Notes: generated from the sequence alone by a model not told the origin. DNA of 31,157 bases from Pseudomonadales bacterium (GCA_035331685.1 DAOLKH010000001.1:1-31157); one strand, 5' to 3'. Positions 18,602 through 27,690 are shown, counted from the stretch's first letter. Numbers and translations are program-made.

Positions 18602-20101
18602 TCAGCCCCGGTTCCGGCCGCGCTGGCGCGCAGCCCCGACGCGACGCCCGCGGGTCCTGCGTTCGGGCGGCGCCTCCGGTCCGGCCCTGACCGCGCCCAG
18701 CAACTCATCGAACGAACCGGCCAGGCAGGACTCGTAGAACCCCGGATCCGGCATCATGTCGCGGCAACTCTGGAACGAGATCGCGATCTGCCCGGCATAG
18801 CTGGTCACGACCTGGAACAATCCGATACTGTCCAGACACGGCCCGACACCGAAGGCACGCAGCAGGCGCGCACCCGCCATGTAGAGCGGTACCTGCGCAC
18901 CCGGCACGTTGGTCACGATGGTGTTGAAGATCGGACGCGTGGCGCCGAGCAGACCCGTCGCCGTGGCAGCACGAAGGCCAAGCGCAGCCATCCGCGCCGG
19001 CATGCGATTGGTCCAGTCAGTGAGCAGCCGCGCCCCGACCGCACTGATATAAGCCTTCGATGCAACCGCCTCCTCGTGCACCTGACGCAGCCGCTCGAGC
19101 GGGTCCGCAATATCGGTACGCAGTGCAATGCTCATCATCGAGACGCGGTTGCCACCGGCTCCCCGTTCCCCCTCCTCGCGCACATTGACCGGGGTGCCGG
19201 CAACCAGACTCTTCTGCGGCAGCTCGGTCTTGTCGAGCAGATAGCGGCGCATGGCTCCCGAGACCACGGCCAGCATCACGTCGTTCACCGTCGCACCGAC
19301 GACGCTGTCCTTGATCTCGGCAACCTCGCGCAGCGACATCGTGATGGCACCGAACACCCGATGCGCCGATACATGACCATTGAAGCGCGTGGACTCCTTG
19401 CGCCCCAGCGATTGCAGGCGACGCTCGCGCAAGCCCTCGCGCACGCGCAGCCAGGCCGGGACCGAACGACCCAGCATCTCGATCACTCCGATCGGCTGGT
19501 GCACGAGGCTGCGCCCGAGCAGGCGCAGCACATCGAACTCGTTGCCGGCATCGTGTTTCGGACGTGGCGAGCGGGGTTCCTGCGCCTGCGCGGCCTGCGG
19601 GCGCGGCTCCAGGTCATGCAGGGCTGCGACGATATCGACTCCCGACGCCCCGTCGATCGCTGCATGGTGAACCTTCAGGAACAGCGCAAAGCTGCCTGGC
19701 GGCAGGCCTTCGACGTTGTCCAGCCCTTCGATCACGTACGCCTCCCAGAGCGGATGCGCACGATCGAGCGCGCGCGAATGCAGGCGTGCGATCTGGATGC
19801 AGAATTGGCGCCAGTCCCCCGGTTTCGGCAACGCGATATGCCGCACGTGGAATTCGATATCGGGATCTTCGGCGTCGGTCCAGAACGGGTGATCGATCTG
19901 CAACGGTACCTGCACGAGCTTGCGGCTGAACACCGGCGAACGATCGCTGCGCTCGCGGAACATGCGCAGGATATCCTTGAATCGCACCAGACCACCGCGC
20001 GCGGTCGCCGGATCGTAGATGAGCACCGTGCCGATATGCATCGGCGCATTGTCGGTTTCCGCGTACAGGAACATCGCATCCTGACCGCTCAACTGCTGCA
20101 T
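18602..20101 (-). CDS. Wax ester synthase/diacylglycerol acyltransferase (WS/DGAT)
   Basis: LSGQDAMFLYAET...PMHIG, catalytic HHAAIDG (HHxxxDG), TVNDV, GNRVS, TIVTNVPG. Confidence 0.92.
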   Translation of the reverse strand: MQQLSGQDAMFLYAETDNAPMHIGTVLIYDPATARGGLVRFKDILRMFRERSDRSPVFSRKLVQVPLQIDHPFWTDAEDPDIEFHVRHIALPKPGDWRQFCIQIARLHSRALDRAHPLWEAYVIEGLDNVEGLPPGSFALFLKVHHAAIDGASGVDIVAALHDLEPRPQAAQAQEPRSPRPKHDAGNEFDVLRLLGRSLVHQPIGVIEMLGRSVPAWLRVREGLRERRLQSLGRKESTRFNGHVSAHRVFGAITMSLREVAEIKDSVVGATVNDVMLAVVSGAMRRYLLDKTELPQKSLVAGTPVNVREEGERGAGGNRVSMMSIALRTDIADPLERLRQVHEEAVASKAYISAVGARLLTDWTNRMPARMAALGLRAATATGLLGATRPIFNTIVTNVPGAQVPLYMAGARLLRAFGVGPCLDSIGLFQVVTSYAGQIAISFQSCRDMMPDPGFYESCLAGSFDELLGAVRAGPEAPPERRTRGRRVGAARQRGRNRG

Positions 20102-20181
20102 GAGACGTCTCCGCAAGCGATGTCGTATGGCTCAATGTACCGCAGATCGGGTTGTGCGGTGATGCGTCCCGATCGGGGGCA

Positions 20182-21369
20182 TCAACCACCCGTCTGTTCG
20201 TCGTCGAGCATCTCGAGTTCGAGCTTGAAGCCACCACCAGAACCCGGTGCGGAACGCGAGGGCGGCGAGGCAGGCGACACCGGGTCCGCATAGCGCGAAA
20301 GATCTCCTCCGGAGCGGTCGAGCTTGATGCGCAGGCGTACGTCGTTCTGCGAATCGGCGTTGCGGATCGCCTCTTCATCACTGATCCTGCCCTGCTTGTA
20401 GAGCGAGAACAGCGCGGAATCGAAGGTCTGCATCCCCAGCGTCTCCGACTTCGCCATGATCTCCTTGATGCCGTCGAACTCGCCCTTGATGACCAGCTCC
20501 TCGATCGTCTTGGTGCCAAGCAGCACCTCGACCGCTGCGCAGCGCTTGCCGTCGGCGGTACGTACGAGCCGCTGGGAGACGAAGGCGCGCAGGTTCTGCC
20601 CCAGATTCATCAGCAGTTGCGCGCGCCGCTCCTCGGGGAACAGGTTCACGATCCGTTCGAGTGCCTGGTTGGCGTTGTTCGCGTGCAGCGTCGAGATCGC
20701 GAGGTGCCCGGTTTCGGCAAAGGCGAGCGCGTGCTCCATGGTTTCACGGTTGCGCACCTCGCCGATCAGGATCACGTCGGGCGCCTGGCGCAGCGTGTTC
20801 ACGAGCGCGTTCTGGAAGCTGCGCGTATCCACCCCGACCTCGCGCTGGTTCACGATGCATTTCTTGTGTCTGTGCACGTATTCGATCGGGTCCTCGATCG
20901 TGATGATATGCCCGCCACTGCTGCTGTTGCGATGATCGATCAGCGCTGCCAGCGAAGTCGATTTGCCCGAACCGGTGCCACCGACGAACAGGATCAGGCC
21001 GCGCTTGGACATCACCACGTCCTTCAACACGGGCGGCAGTCCCAGATCATCGAAGCGCGGAATATCGGTGGTGATGTTGCGCGCGACGAGCGAGACCTCG
21101 TTGCGCTGGCGGAAGATGTTGATGCGAAAACGCCCCACGGAAGGTATGGAGACCGCGAGATTCATCTCGAGCTCCTGCGCAAATTGCCGGCGCTGCTCTT
21201 CGTCGAGGATCGCGTCGGCAATCGCGGAAATCTCGCCCGGTCGCATCGACTCGCTGGCGAGAGGTTTCAGGATTCCCTGGAACTTTGCGCAGGGCGGCGC
21301 GCCGGTGCTGAGATAGAGATCGGAGCCGTCATTGCTGGCCAGAACCCGCAGGTATTCCTCGAACGTCAC
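20182..21369 (-). CDS. pilU: PilT/PilU-family type IV pilus ATPase (PilU-like, orphan)
   Basis: SDLYLSTGAPP, GRFRINIF, Walker A GGTGSGKST, ITIEDPIE, RQAPDVILIGEVR, TLHANNA, AIRNADSQNDVRL. GTG at 21369 with GGAGG RBS. Confidence 0.88.
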   Translation of the reverse strand: MTFEEYLRVLASNDGSDLYLSTGAPPCAKFQGILKPLASESMRPGEISAIADAILDEEQRRQFAQELEMNLAVSIPSVGRFRINIFRQRNEVSLVARNITTDIPRFDDLGLPPVLKDVVMSKRGLILFVGGTGSGKSTSLAALIDHRNSSSGGHIITIEDPIEYVHRHKKCIVNQREVGVDTRSFQNALVNTLRQAPDVILIGEVRNRETMEHALAFAETGHLAISTLHANNANQALERIVNLFPEERRAQLLMNLGQNLRAFVSQRLVRTADGKRCAAVEVLLGTKTIEELVIKGEFDGIKEIMAKSETLGMQTFDSALFSLYKQGRISDEEAIRNADSQNDVRLRIKLDRSGGDLSRYADPVSPASPPSRSAPGSGGGFKLELEMLDDEQTGG

Positions 21370-21509
21370 GCCTCGCACCCTCCGTGCTTGCTGAAACGTG
21401 AGCAAGCATAGTCAGGCACTCGCGACTGCGCGAACGTGTGCGCTCCGTCTTCACCGCAGACCTGCCGTCCGCGACAGGCCCATCAGGCGGACGCACCACG
21501 CTCCCGAGA

Positions 21510-21911
21510 TCAGGCGAACGTCTTCACGGCCCGCAGGATCTGGCGGATCGTGATCTGTCCAATCAGCCTGCCATCAGCGTCGATCACCGGCTGGCGGCGA
21601 ATCTTGCGTGCGAGCATCTCCGTCGCGATATCGACGATGTTGTCGCTCAGCTTCGCAACATGGAGGTTGCGCGTCGTCATGAACTCGGCAACGCTGCCCA
21701 CGCCGGAATCGTTGTAGGTTGCGCTGAAAACCCCACGCAGGCAGTCCATCTCGGAGAGCACGCCAATCAGGCGATCGTCGGCGTCCACCACGCACAGACC
21801 GGAAATCCTGTGCGTGACGATCAGGTCGACCGCATCGAACAGATTCGCATCCGGACGGATCTTGATCGGGTGCTGCACTATGTAGCTGCTCAGGTCGATG
21901 TTTTTAAGCAT
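21510..21911 (-). CDS. Standalone CBS-pair (Bateman module) protein, 133 aa
   Basis: ISGLCVVDADDRLIGVLSEMD and RRQPVIDADGRLIGQITIRQ form two CBS repeats. AGGAG RBS. Confidence 0.9.
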   Translation of the reverse strand: MLKNIDLSSYIVQHPIKIRPDANLFDAVDLIVTHRISGLCVVDADDRLIGVLSEMDCLRGVFSATYNDSGVGSVAEFMTTRNLHVAKLSDNIVDIATEMLARKIRRQPVIDADGRLIGQITIRQILRAVKTFA

Positions 21912-22005
21912 TGTGGTGTCTCCTGTTGGCTCCTGCCCGTAATATACCCGCAAGCCTCCCGGCTGCAAGACAGGCACACAACAGGCACACGATCGGAGAC
22001 CAAAC

Positions 22006-22830
22006 GTGAGCGATCGCCCGAACACACGCAACATGGCGCTTTTCTGCGACTTCGAGAACGTTGCACTCGGTGTGCGTGACGCGCGCTACGCCGCGTTCGA
22101 TATCCGCAAGGTGCTTGAACGGCTGCTGCTGAAAGGCAATATCGTGGTCAAGAAGGCGTACTGCGACTGGGACCGCTACAAGGAATTCAAGAAGGCGATG
22201 CACGAAGCCGCCTTCGAACTGATCGAGATTCCGCATGTACGGCAATCAGGCAAGAACTCTGCCGATATCCGCATGGTCGTTGACGCACTCGATCTCTGCT
22301 ACACGAAATCGCACGTCGACATGTTCGTGATCATCAGCGGCGATTCGGATTTCTCGCCGCTGGTCGCGAAGCTGCGCGAAAACAACAAGACCGTGATCGG
22401 CGTCGGCGTGAAGAACTCGAGTTCGGACCTGCTGATATCGGGCTGCGACGAATTCATCTACTACGACGACCTGGTGCGCGAACCCGAAGCGAAGCAGAAG
22501 CGCCGCGCACGTCCCGCAGCAAAAAAGACCACTGCCCTGCAGAAGGAGCAGGAGACGCCTCCCATCGACGCAAAGCGTCAGGAAGCCTTCGATCTGGTGC
22601 TGGCGACCATCGAGGACCTGTTCGAGGAACGCGGCCAGGAAGACAAGGTGTGGGCATCGATGGTCAAGCAGACGCTGAAGCGCCGCCATCCGGGCTTCAA
22701 CGAGCGCTACCACGGATTCCGCACCTTCGCACAGCTGCTCGAAGAGGCGCAGGCACGCAAGCTGCTGGAACTCGAGCCCGACGAGAAATCAGGCAGCTAC
22801 ATCATCCGCAGCCTCGCCCACGAGGACTGA
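22006..22830 (+). CDS. NYN (LabA/DUF88, PIN-like) domain protein with C-terminal OST-HTH/LOTUS domain
   Basis: FCDFENV, GKNSADIRMVVDA, ISGDSDFSPL, CDEFIYYDDL, then VKQTLKRRHPGFNERYHGFRTFAQLLE. Confidence 0.88.
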   Translation: MSDRPNTRNMALFCDFENVALGVRDARYAAFDIRKVLERLLLKGNIVVKKAYCDWDRYKEFKKAMHEAAFELIEIPHVRQSGKNSADIRMVVDALDLCYTKSHVDMFVIISGDSDFSPLVAKLRENNKTVIGVGVKNSSSDLLISGCDEFIYYDDLVREPEAKQKRRARPAAKKTTALQKEQETPPIDAKRQEAFDLVLATIEDLFEERGQEDKVWASMVKQTLKRRHPGFNERYHGFRTFAQLLEEAQARKLLELEPDEKSGSYIIRSLAHED

Positions 22831-22895
22831 TTCCGCGACCTCCCGGAACTGTGCTCGGCACTCGCGACGATACTGCGCGCGAGTGCCTGCCGGGT

Positions 22896-23126
22896 TCACT
22901 TGCGCCAGTAGTCGTTGGCGGCAGCCACCGTCTGGAAATTGGTCGCGATGACCTGCGATGCCGCAGTCAGCGCATCGGCATCGTTGGCGTAGACGGGACG
23001 AAGCTTGTGCAGAACCTCTGCATCCGGCTGGGTGTACTTGACGCCGCGGCGGCTCAGCGTGATCGCAAGCTCGAAGCCTTGCTGCGGTGTGTCGGTGAGA
23101 AGCGTTGCAAGCCAGGTGTCTGCCAT
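22896..23126 (-). CDS. Hexameric tyrosine-coordinated heme protein (HTHP family), 76 aa
   Basis: WLATLLTDTPQQGFELA...TQPDAEV...LRPVYANDADAL...FQTVAAANDYW follows the HTHP pattern, including the heme-ligand Tyr. AGGAGG RBS. Confidence 0.88.
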   Translation of the reverse strand: MADTWLATLLTDTPQQGFELAITLSRRGVKYTQPDAEVLHKLRPVYANDADALTAASQVIATNFQTVAAANDYWRK

Positions 23127-23242
23127 GGCCGGATCCTCCTGCAAATTGAAAGCACATTGCACGCGGCAACGAATCGATGAAACCATCCGTCCAGTGCTCC
23201 GGACACGACCGTCGACCGCCTGTCCAAACTACTGCCGCAAAG

Positions 23243-23260
23243 CCATCGAGGCAACGATGG
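23243..23260 (-). terminator. Possible terminator after the EAL ORF
   Basis: CCATCG-6 nt-CGATGG, followed by CTTTG on the minus strand. Confidence 0.3.
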
Positions 23261-23281
23261 TTGTTCGCCATTTGTCCCGCT

Positions 23282-24746
23282 TCAGCCCGTCTGCCGCAGG
23301 CACCAGGTTTCGAAATCGTCCGGCGCCAACGGCTTGCTGTAGTAGTAGCCCTGATAGGTGGTGCAGCCCATGGCGGCGAGCAGGTCGCGCTGGGCAGCGG
23401 TTTCCACTCCTTCGGCTATGACGGCCAGGCCCAGACCATGCGCCAGGGCGGCTACCGATCGGGCAATTGCGGCGTCGTTGCCGTCGGTTTCGATATCGCG
23501 CACAAAACCCTGATCGATCTTGAGTTGCTGCAGCGGCAGGCGTTTCAGGTACACGAGCGACGAATAGCCGGTACCGAAGTCATCGAGCGAAAACCGGATG
23601 CCGTGGGCCTGCAGCGCGGTCATGGTGGTGATCACCGCATTCGCATCCTGTACCAGCAGGCTTTCGGTCAGTTCGAGCTTGAGGCACGCGGGCGGAGCGC
23701 CAGTGGCCTGCAGCAGCGCCAGCACCTCCTGAGTGAACCCGGGCTCCAGGAACTGCACGGCACTTACGTTGACGGCAAGAATCAGCGCCGAGAAGCGCGG
23801 GTGCCCCTTCCATGTTGCGAGCTGCTCACACGCCGCCCGCAATACCCAGCGCCCAAGCGGGGCAATCAGACCGGTTTCCTCGGCGAGCGTAATGAAGAAG
23901 CCGGGGGCGAGCAGCCCGCGCTCGGGGTGCTGCCAGCGCACCAGGGCCTCCGCGCCGACGATCGTGAGCTGGCCGTCCTGCACCGCAACCTGCGGCTGGT
24001 AGTGCAGCCGCAGTTCACCACCGGCTATGCCGGCTCGCAGTTCACGCTCGATGCGCATACGCTCGGTGACGGCCGTCTCAAGCTGACTGTCGAAGAAATG
24101 CAGGCTGCCGCGGCTGCCTTGCTTGGCCTCGTACATTGCCAGCTCTGCCTGCTTGAGCAAGGCGTTGGCGTCGAGCTGCTGGTCGGCAAACAGAACCACG
24201 CCCATGCTGGCGCTGCCCTGGTAGTCGATACCGCCGATCCGGCACGGCGCGGCGAGCGCCTGCAGGATGCGCGCACCCATCGCCTCTGCCTTCGCGGCAG
24301 CCTGTTCACGGCTGGTGCAGATGTCTTCCAGTGTGATCGCAAACTCATCACCGCCGGGACGTGCGACCATGTCACTGCCCCGGACGCAGGCGCAAATGCG
24401 CTCGCCGACAAGGTGCAGCAGCAACGCGGCATAGCGACCGCTGCTGGCCGCCTTCCGCGCCGCCTGCATCCCGAACCACCGTGATGGTCATCCACTTCGG
24501 GAACACGCCGCCGTTCTTGCGCCGGTCCCAGACCTCGCCGGCCCACTGCCCGGTACGCCCGATCGAGTCGAGCATGGCGGCATAGAACGCCTCGTTCACG
24601 CGCAGGATTCGTGCGTACGCGTCGGCCACCATGACGGGTTGCGTGGTGTGGAAGATGGCATCCGCGATGCGGAGCTGCGCGTCGAACTCGTGCAAACGCG
24701 CTTCGACCGCTGCCAGTCTCTTGCTCTTGAAGATGTCCAGCATCAT
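23282..24746 (-). pseudogene. Degraded PAS-GGDEF-EAL signalling gene: deleted PAS, frameshift, truncated GGDEF, intact EAL domain (23282-24469 is open)
   Basis: Frame A (24746 to about 24460) has PAS pieces RVNEAF|YAAM...WAGEVWDRRKNG. Frame B has GRYAALL|LHLVGERI...PGGDEF, then a complete EAL (EALVRW, VNVS, LELTES, DDFGTGYSS, KIDQ, EGVET). Confidence 0.78.
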
Positions 24747-25229
24747 GAGGAGTACTTGCAGTGGGTGTCTCAGGATGGTCGGCAGGGCTCGTTCGCGAGC
24801 ACACCAGCCTCTTGCGGATGTGTTCGATCGGATCGACCCCTTGAAGATCGAGAACCTGATCCGGTTGTTATCTCGCAGGCAGACAGCGTCGCATCGGATC
24901 TGCGATGCCATTGGCCCGAAGCACGGAAAGAATAGAACCCCACCCGGACCGATGCCAGTCGCGACGGCTTCCAACCGCAAGCGAGGCTGGCCCAGGCAGC
25001 GGAATTACCCGGAATGGCGCCCACATGGTGTCCGGTACCGGCGTGATTGTGGTGCATCGGGTCTGCCCTGTGCCGGGTCCACCCTGTTTGCGTCCTCGCG
25101 CGCAGCGCTTAACATGCGCAGTCGGACGCCAGGCCAAACGCCTGCACCAAGCGGCTGTCGGCTCACCCCGCATCGATCGATGTGCAGGCGCCCGTGCCGA
25201 GTTCAACATCTGTACAAGGAATACCTGCC

Positions 25230-27467
25230 ATGAGCTCAACGCCGTCGACCATCATCTACACCCTGACCGACGAAGCGCCGGCGCTGGCCACGGCTTCGTT
25301 GCTGCCGATTCTGCGCGCCTTCGCGGGCGTAGCCGGCGTCGCAGTCGAAAGCAGCGATATTTCGGTGGCCGGGCGCATCCTGGCGCAGTTTCCCGAGCGG
25401 CTGAGCGAAACACAGCGGGTGCCGGACAATCTCGCAGCGCTGGGCGAGCTCAGCCTCAGGCCCGAAGCCAACATCATCAAGCTGCCCAACATCAGCGCCT
25501 CGGTGGCACAGCTCAAGGAAGCCATCGCCGAGCTGCAGGAAAAGGGCTACAGGATCCCCGATTTTCCGGAAAGCCCGCAGACCGACGAGGAAAAGGAGAT
25601 TCGCGCGCGCTACAACCGCTGCATAGGCAGTGCCGTCAACCCGGTACTGCGCCAGGGCAACTCCGATCGCCGCGCACCGAAGGCCGTGAAGGAGTACGCG
25701 CGCAAGCACCCGCACCATATGGCCGAGTGGAGCCAGGCCTCGCGCAGCCACGTCTCGCACATGATGGATGGCGATTTCTACAGCGGCGAGAAATCGATGA
25801 CGCTGGATCGTGCCCGCAACGTGAAGATGGAGCTGATCACGAAGACCGGCAAGACCATCGTGCTCAAGCCCAAGGTCGCGCTGCAGGATCGCGAAGTCAT
25901 CGACTCGATGTTCATGAGCAAGAAAAAGCTGCTCGATTTCTATGAAAGGCAGATCGACGACGCGTACAAGACGGGCGTGATGTTCTCGCTGCACGTCAAG
26001 GCGACGATGATGAAGGTATCGCACCCGATCGTGTTCGGTCACTGCGTGCGCATGTTCTACAAGGACGCGTTCGCCAAGCACGCCAAGGTGCTCGATGAGC
26101 TCGGCGTGAACGTGAACAACGGCATGGTCGACCTCTACAACAAGATTGCCGTGCTGCCGAAGAGCGTGCAGGACGAGATCCGCGCCGACATCCACGCCTG
26201 CCATGCGCACCGCCCCGAGCTCGCCATGGTGGACTCCGACAAGGGCATCACGAATTTCCATTCACCCAGCGACGTGATCGTCGATGCCTCGATGCCGGCG
26301 ATGATCAGGAACGGCGGCAAGATGTACGGCGCCGACGGGCGCCTGAAGGACGTCAAGGCCGTGATGCCCGAGAGCACGTTCGCACGCATCTACCAGGAAA
26401 TGCTCAATTTCTGTAAATGGCATGGCGCCTTTGATCCTCGCACGATGGGAACCGTGCCCAACGTCGGCCTGATGGCGCAGCAGGCCGAGGAATACGGCAG
26501 CCACGACAAGACCTTCGAGATTTCCGAGGATGGCGTCGCCAACATCACCGATCTCGATACCGGCGAAGTCCTGATGAGCCAGAACGTCGAGGCCGGCGAT
26601 ATCTGGCGCATGTGTCAGGTCAAGGACGCGCCGATCCGCGACTGGGTCAAGCTCGCGGTGACGCGCGCGCGCCAGTCGGGCATGCCGGTAGTATTCTGGC
26701 TCGACCCGTACCGCCCGCACGAGAACCAGCTGATCGCCAAGGTTCGGACCTATCTGCGTGAACACGACACCACGGGGCTCGACATCCAGATCATGAGTCA
26801 GGTGCGCGCCATGCGCTACACGCTGGAGCGCGTCATTCGTGGCCTGGACACGATCAGCGCCACTGGCAATATCCTGCGCGACTACCTGACCGACCTGTTC
26901 CCGATCATGGAGCTGGGCACCAGTGCCAAGATGCTGTCGATCGTGCCGCTGATGGCCGGCGGTGGCATGTATGAAACAGGTGCAGGCGGCTCTGCCCCCA
27001 AGCATGTGGAGCAACTGCTGGAGGAAAACCACCTGCGCTGGGATTCGCTGGGAGAATTCCTGGCGCTCGCGGTGAGCCTCGAGGATCTGGGGCAGAAGGA
27101 CGGCAACGCCAGGGCCGGCATCCTCGCGAGGACGCTGGATACGGCTACCGGCAAGCTGCTGGAAAACGACAAGAGTCCACGCCGGCGTACCGGCGAGCTG
27201 GACAACCGCGGCAGCCACTTCTACCTCACGCTGTACTGGGCGCAGGCGCTGGCCGGGCAGACCGATGACGCCGCGCTGGCCGCCCGCTTCAAACCGCTGG
27301 CCGAGACGCTCACGCGCAACGAAGACCGGATCGTGCAGGAACTGGCCGCAGTGCAGGGCAAGCCGGCCGACATCGGTGGCTACTACAAGGTAGACCCGAT
27401 CCTGGCCGAGGCGGTGATGCGCCCGAGTCAGGCCTTCAACGACGCACTGGCGTCGCTGCAGGCCTGA
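25230..27467 (+). CDS. icd: Monomeric NADP-dependent isocitrate dehydrogenase
   Basis: [72 protein letters not shown]. 745 aa. Confidence 0.97.
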   Translation: MSSTPSTIIYTLTDEAPALATASLLPILRAFAGVAGVAVESSDISVAGRILAQFPERLSETQRVPDNLAALGELSLRPEANIIKLPNISASVAQLKEAIAELQEKGYRIPDFPESPQTDEEKEIRARYNRCIGSAVNPVLRQGNSDRRAPKAVKEYARKHPHHMAEWSQASRSHVSHMMDGDFYSGEKSMTLDRARNVKMELITKTGKTIVLKPKVALQDREVIDSMFMSKKKLLDFYERQIDDAYKTGVMFSLHVKATMMKVSHPIVFGHCVRMFYKDAFAKHAKVLDELGVNVNNGMVDLYNKIAVLPKSVQDEIRADIHACHAHRPELAMVDSDKGITNFHSPSDVIVDASMPAMIRNGGKMYGADGRLKDVKAVMPESTFARIYQEMLNFCKWHGAFDPRTMGTVPNVGLMAQQAEEYGSHDKTFEISEDGVANITDLDTGEVLMSQNVEAGDIWRMCQVKDAPIRDWVKLAVTRARQSGMPVVFWLDPYRPHENQLIAKVRTYLREHDTTGLDIQIMSQVRAMRYTLERVIRGLDTISATGNILRDYLTDLFPIMELGTSAKMLSIVPLMAGGGMYETGAGGSAPKHVEQLLEENHLRWDSLGEFLALAVSLEDLGQKDGNARAGILARTLDTATGKLLENDKSPRRRTGELDNRGSHFYLTLYWAQALAGQTDDAALAARFKPLAETLTRNEDRIVQELAAVQGKPADIGGYYKVDPILAEAVMRPSQAFNDALASLQA

Positions 27468-27474
27468 AGAGACC

Positions 27475-27634
27475 GTCGCAAAAGCATCCGATGGTCGATA
27501 CAGGCAGCGCGCGACGATGCCTTCACACCGGTGGGACGCCGTAAATGCATCCCTGCAGGCTCGAGCGCCGCATCCCTGCGGCGCACGCCCCCCGATGCGA
27601 AGGCATCGCCGCACGCCTGGCAGCGTTTTGCGAC
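27475..27634. repeat. Nested-palindrome intergenic element (MITE/REP-like)
   Basis: Outer 9-bp IR GTCGCAAAA/TTTTGCGAC, inner 10-bp IR CGATGCCTTC/GAAGGCATCG, and two hairpins with the same TCCC loop (TGCA-TCCC-TGCA, GCGCCGCA-TCCC-TGCGGCGC). Confidence 0.65.
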
Positions 27635-27670
27635 AGCATCTGAAGCACCCCAGAAATACCAGAGAAGGCT

Positions 27671-27690
27671 GACCCCGCCGAACCGGGGTC
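27671..27690 (-). terminator. Probable terminator hairpin after ptsP
   Basis: GACCCCG-6 nt-CGGGGTC, 4 nt past the ptsP stop, with a pyrimidine-rich tail on the minus strand. Confidence 0.5.

Noticed and set aside
23235-23262. CGCAAAGCC plus hairpin resembling part of a c-di-GMP-I riboswitch near the EAL gene
   Set aside because: The first stem with its GNRA-type tetraloop is absent and the orientation is opposite to both flanking genes. A terminator fits better.
24631-25233. 200-aa plus-strand ORF in the EAL-icd spacer
   Set aside because: No recognisable domain or RBS, and it overlaps the PAS remnant. It is kept only as a possible remnant.
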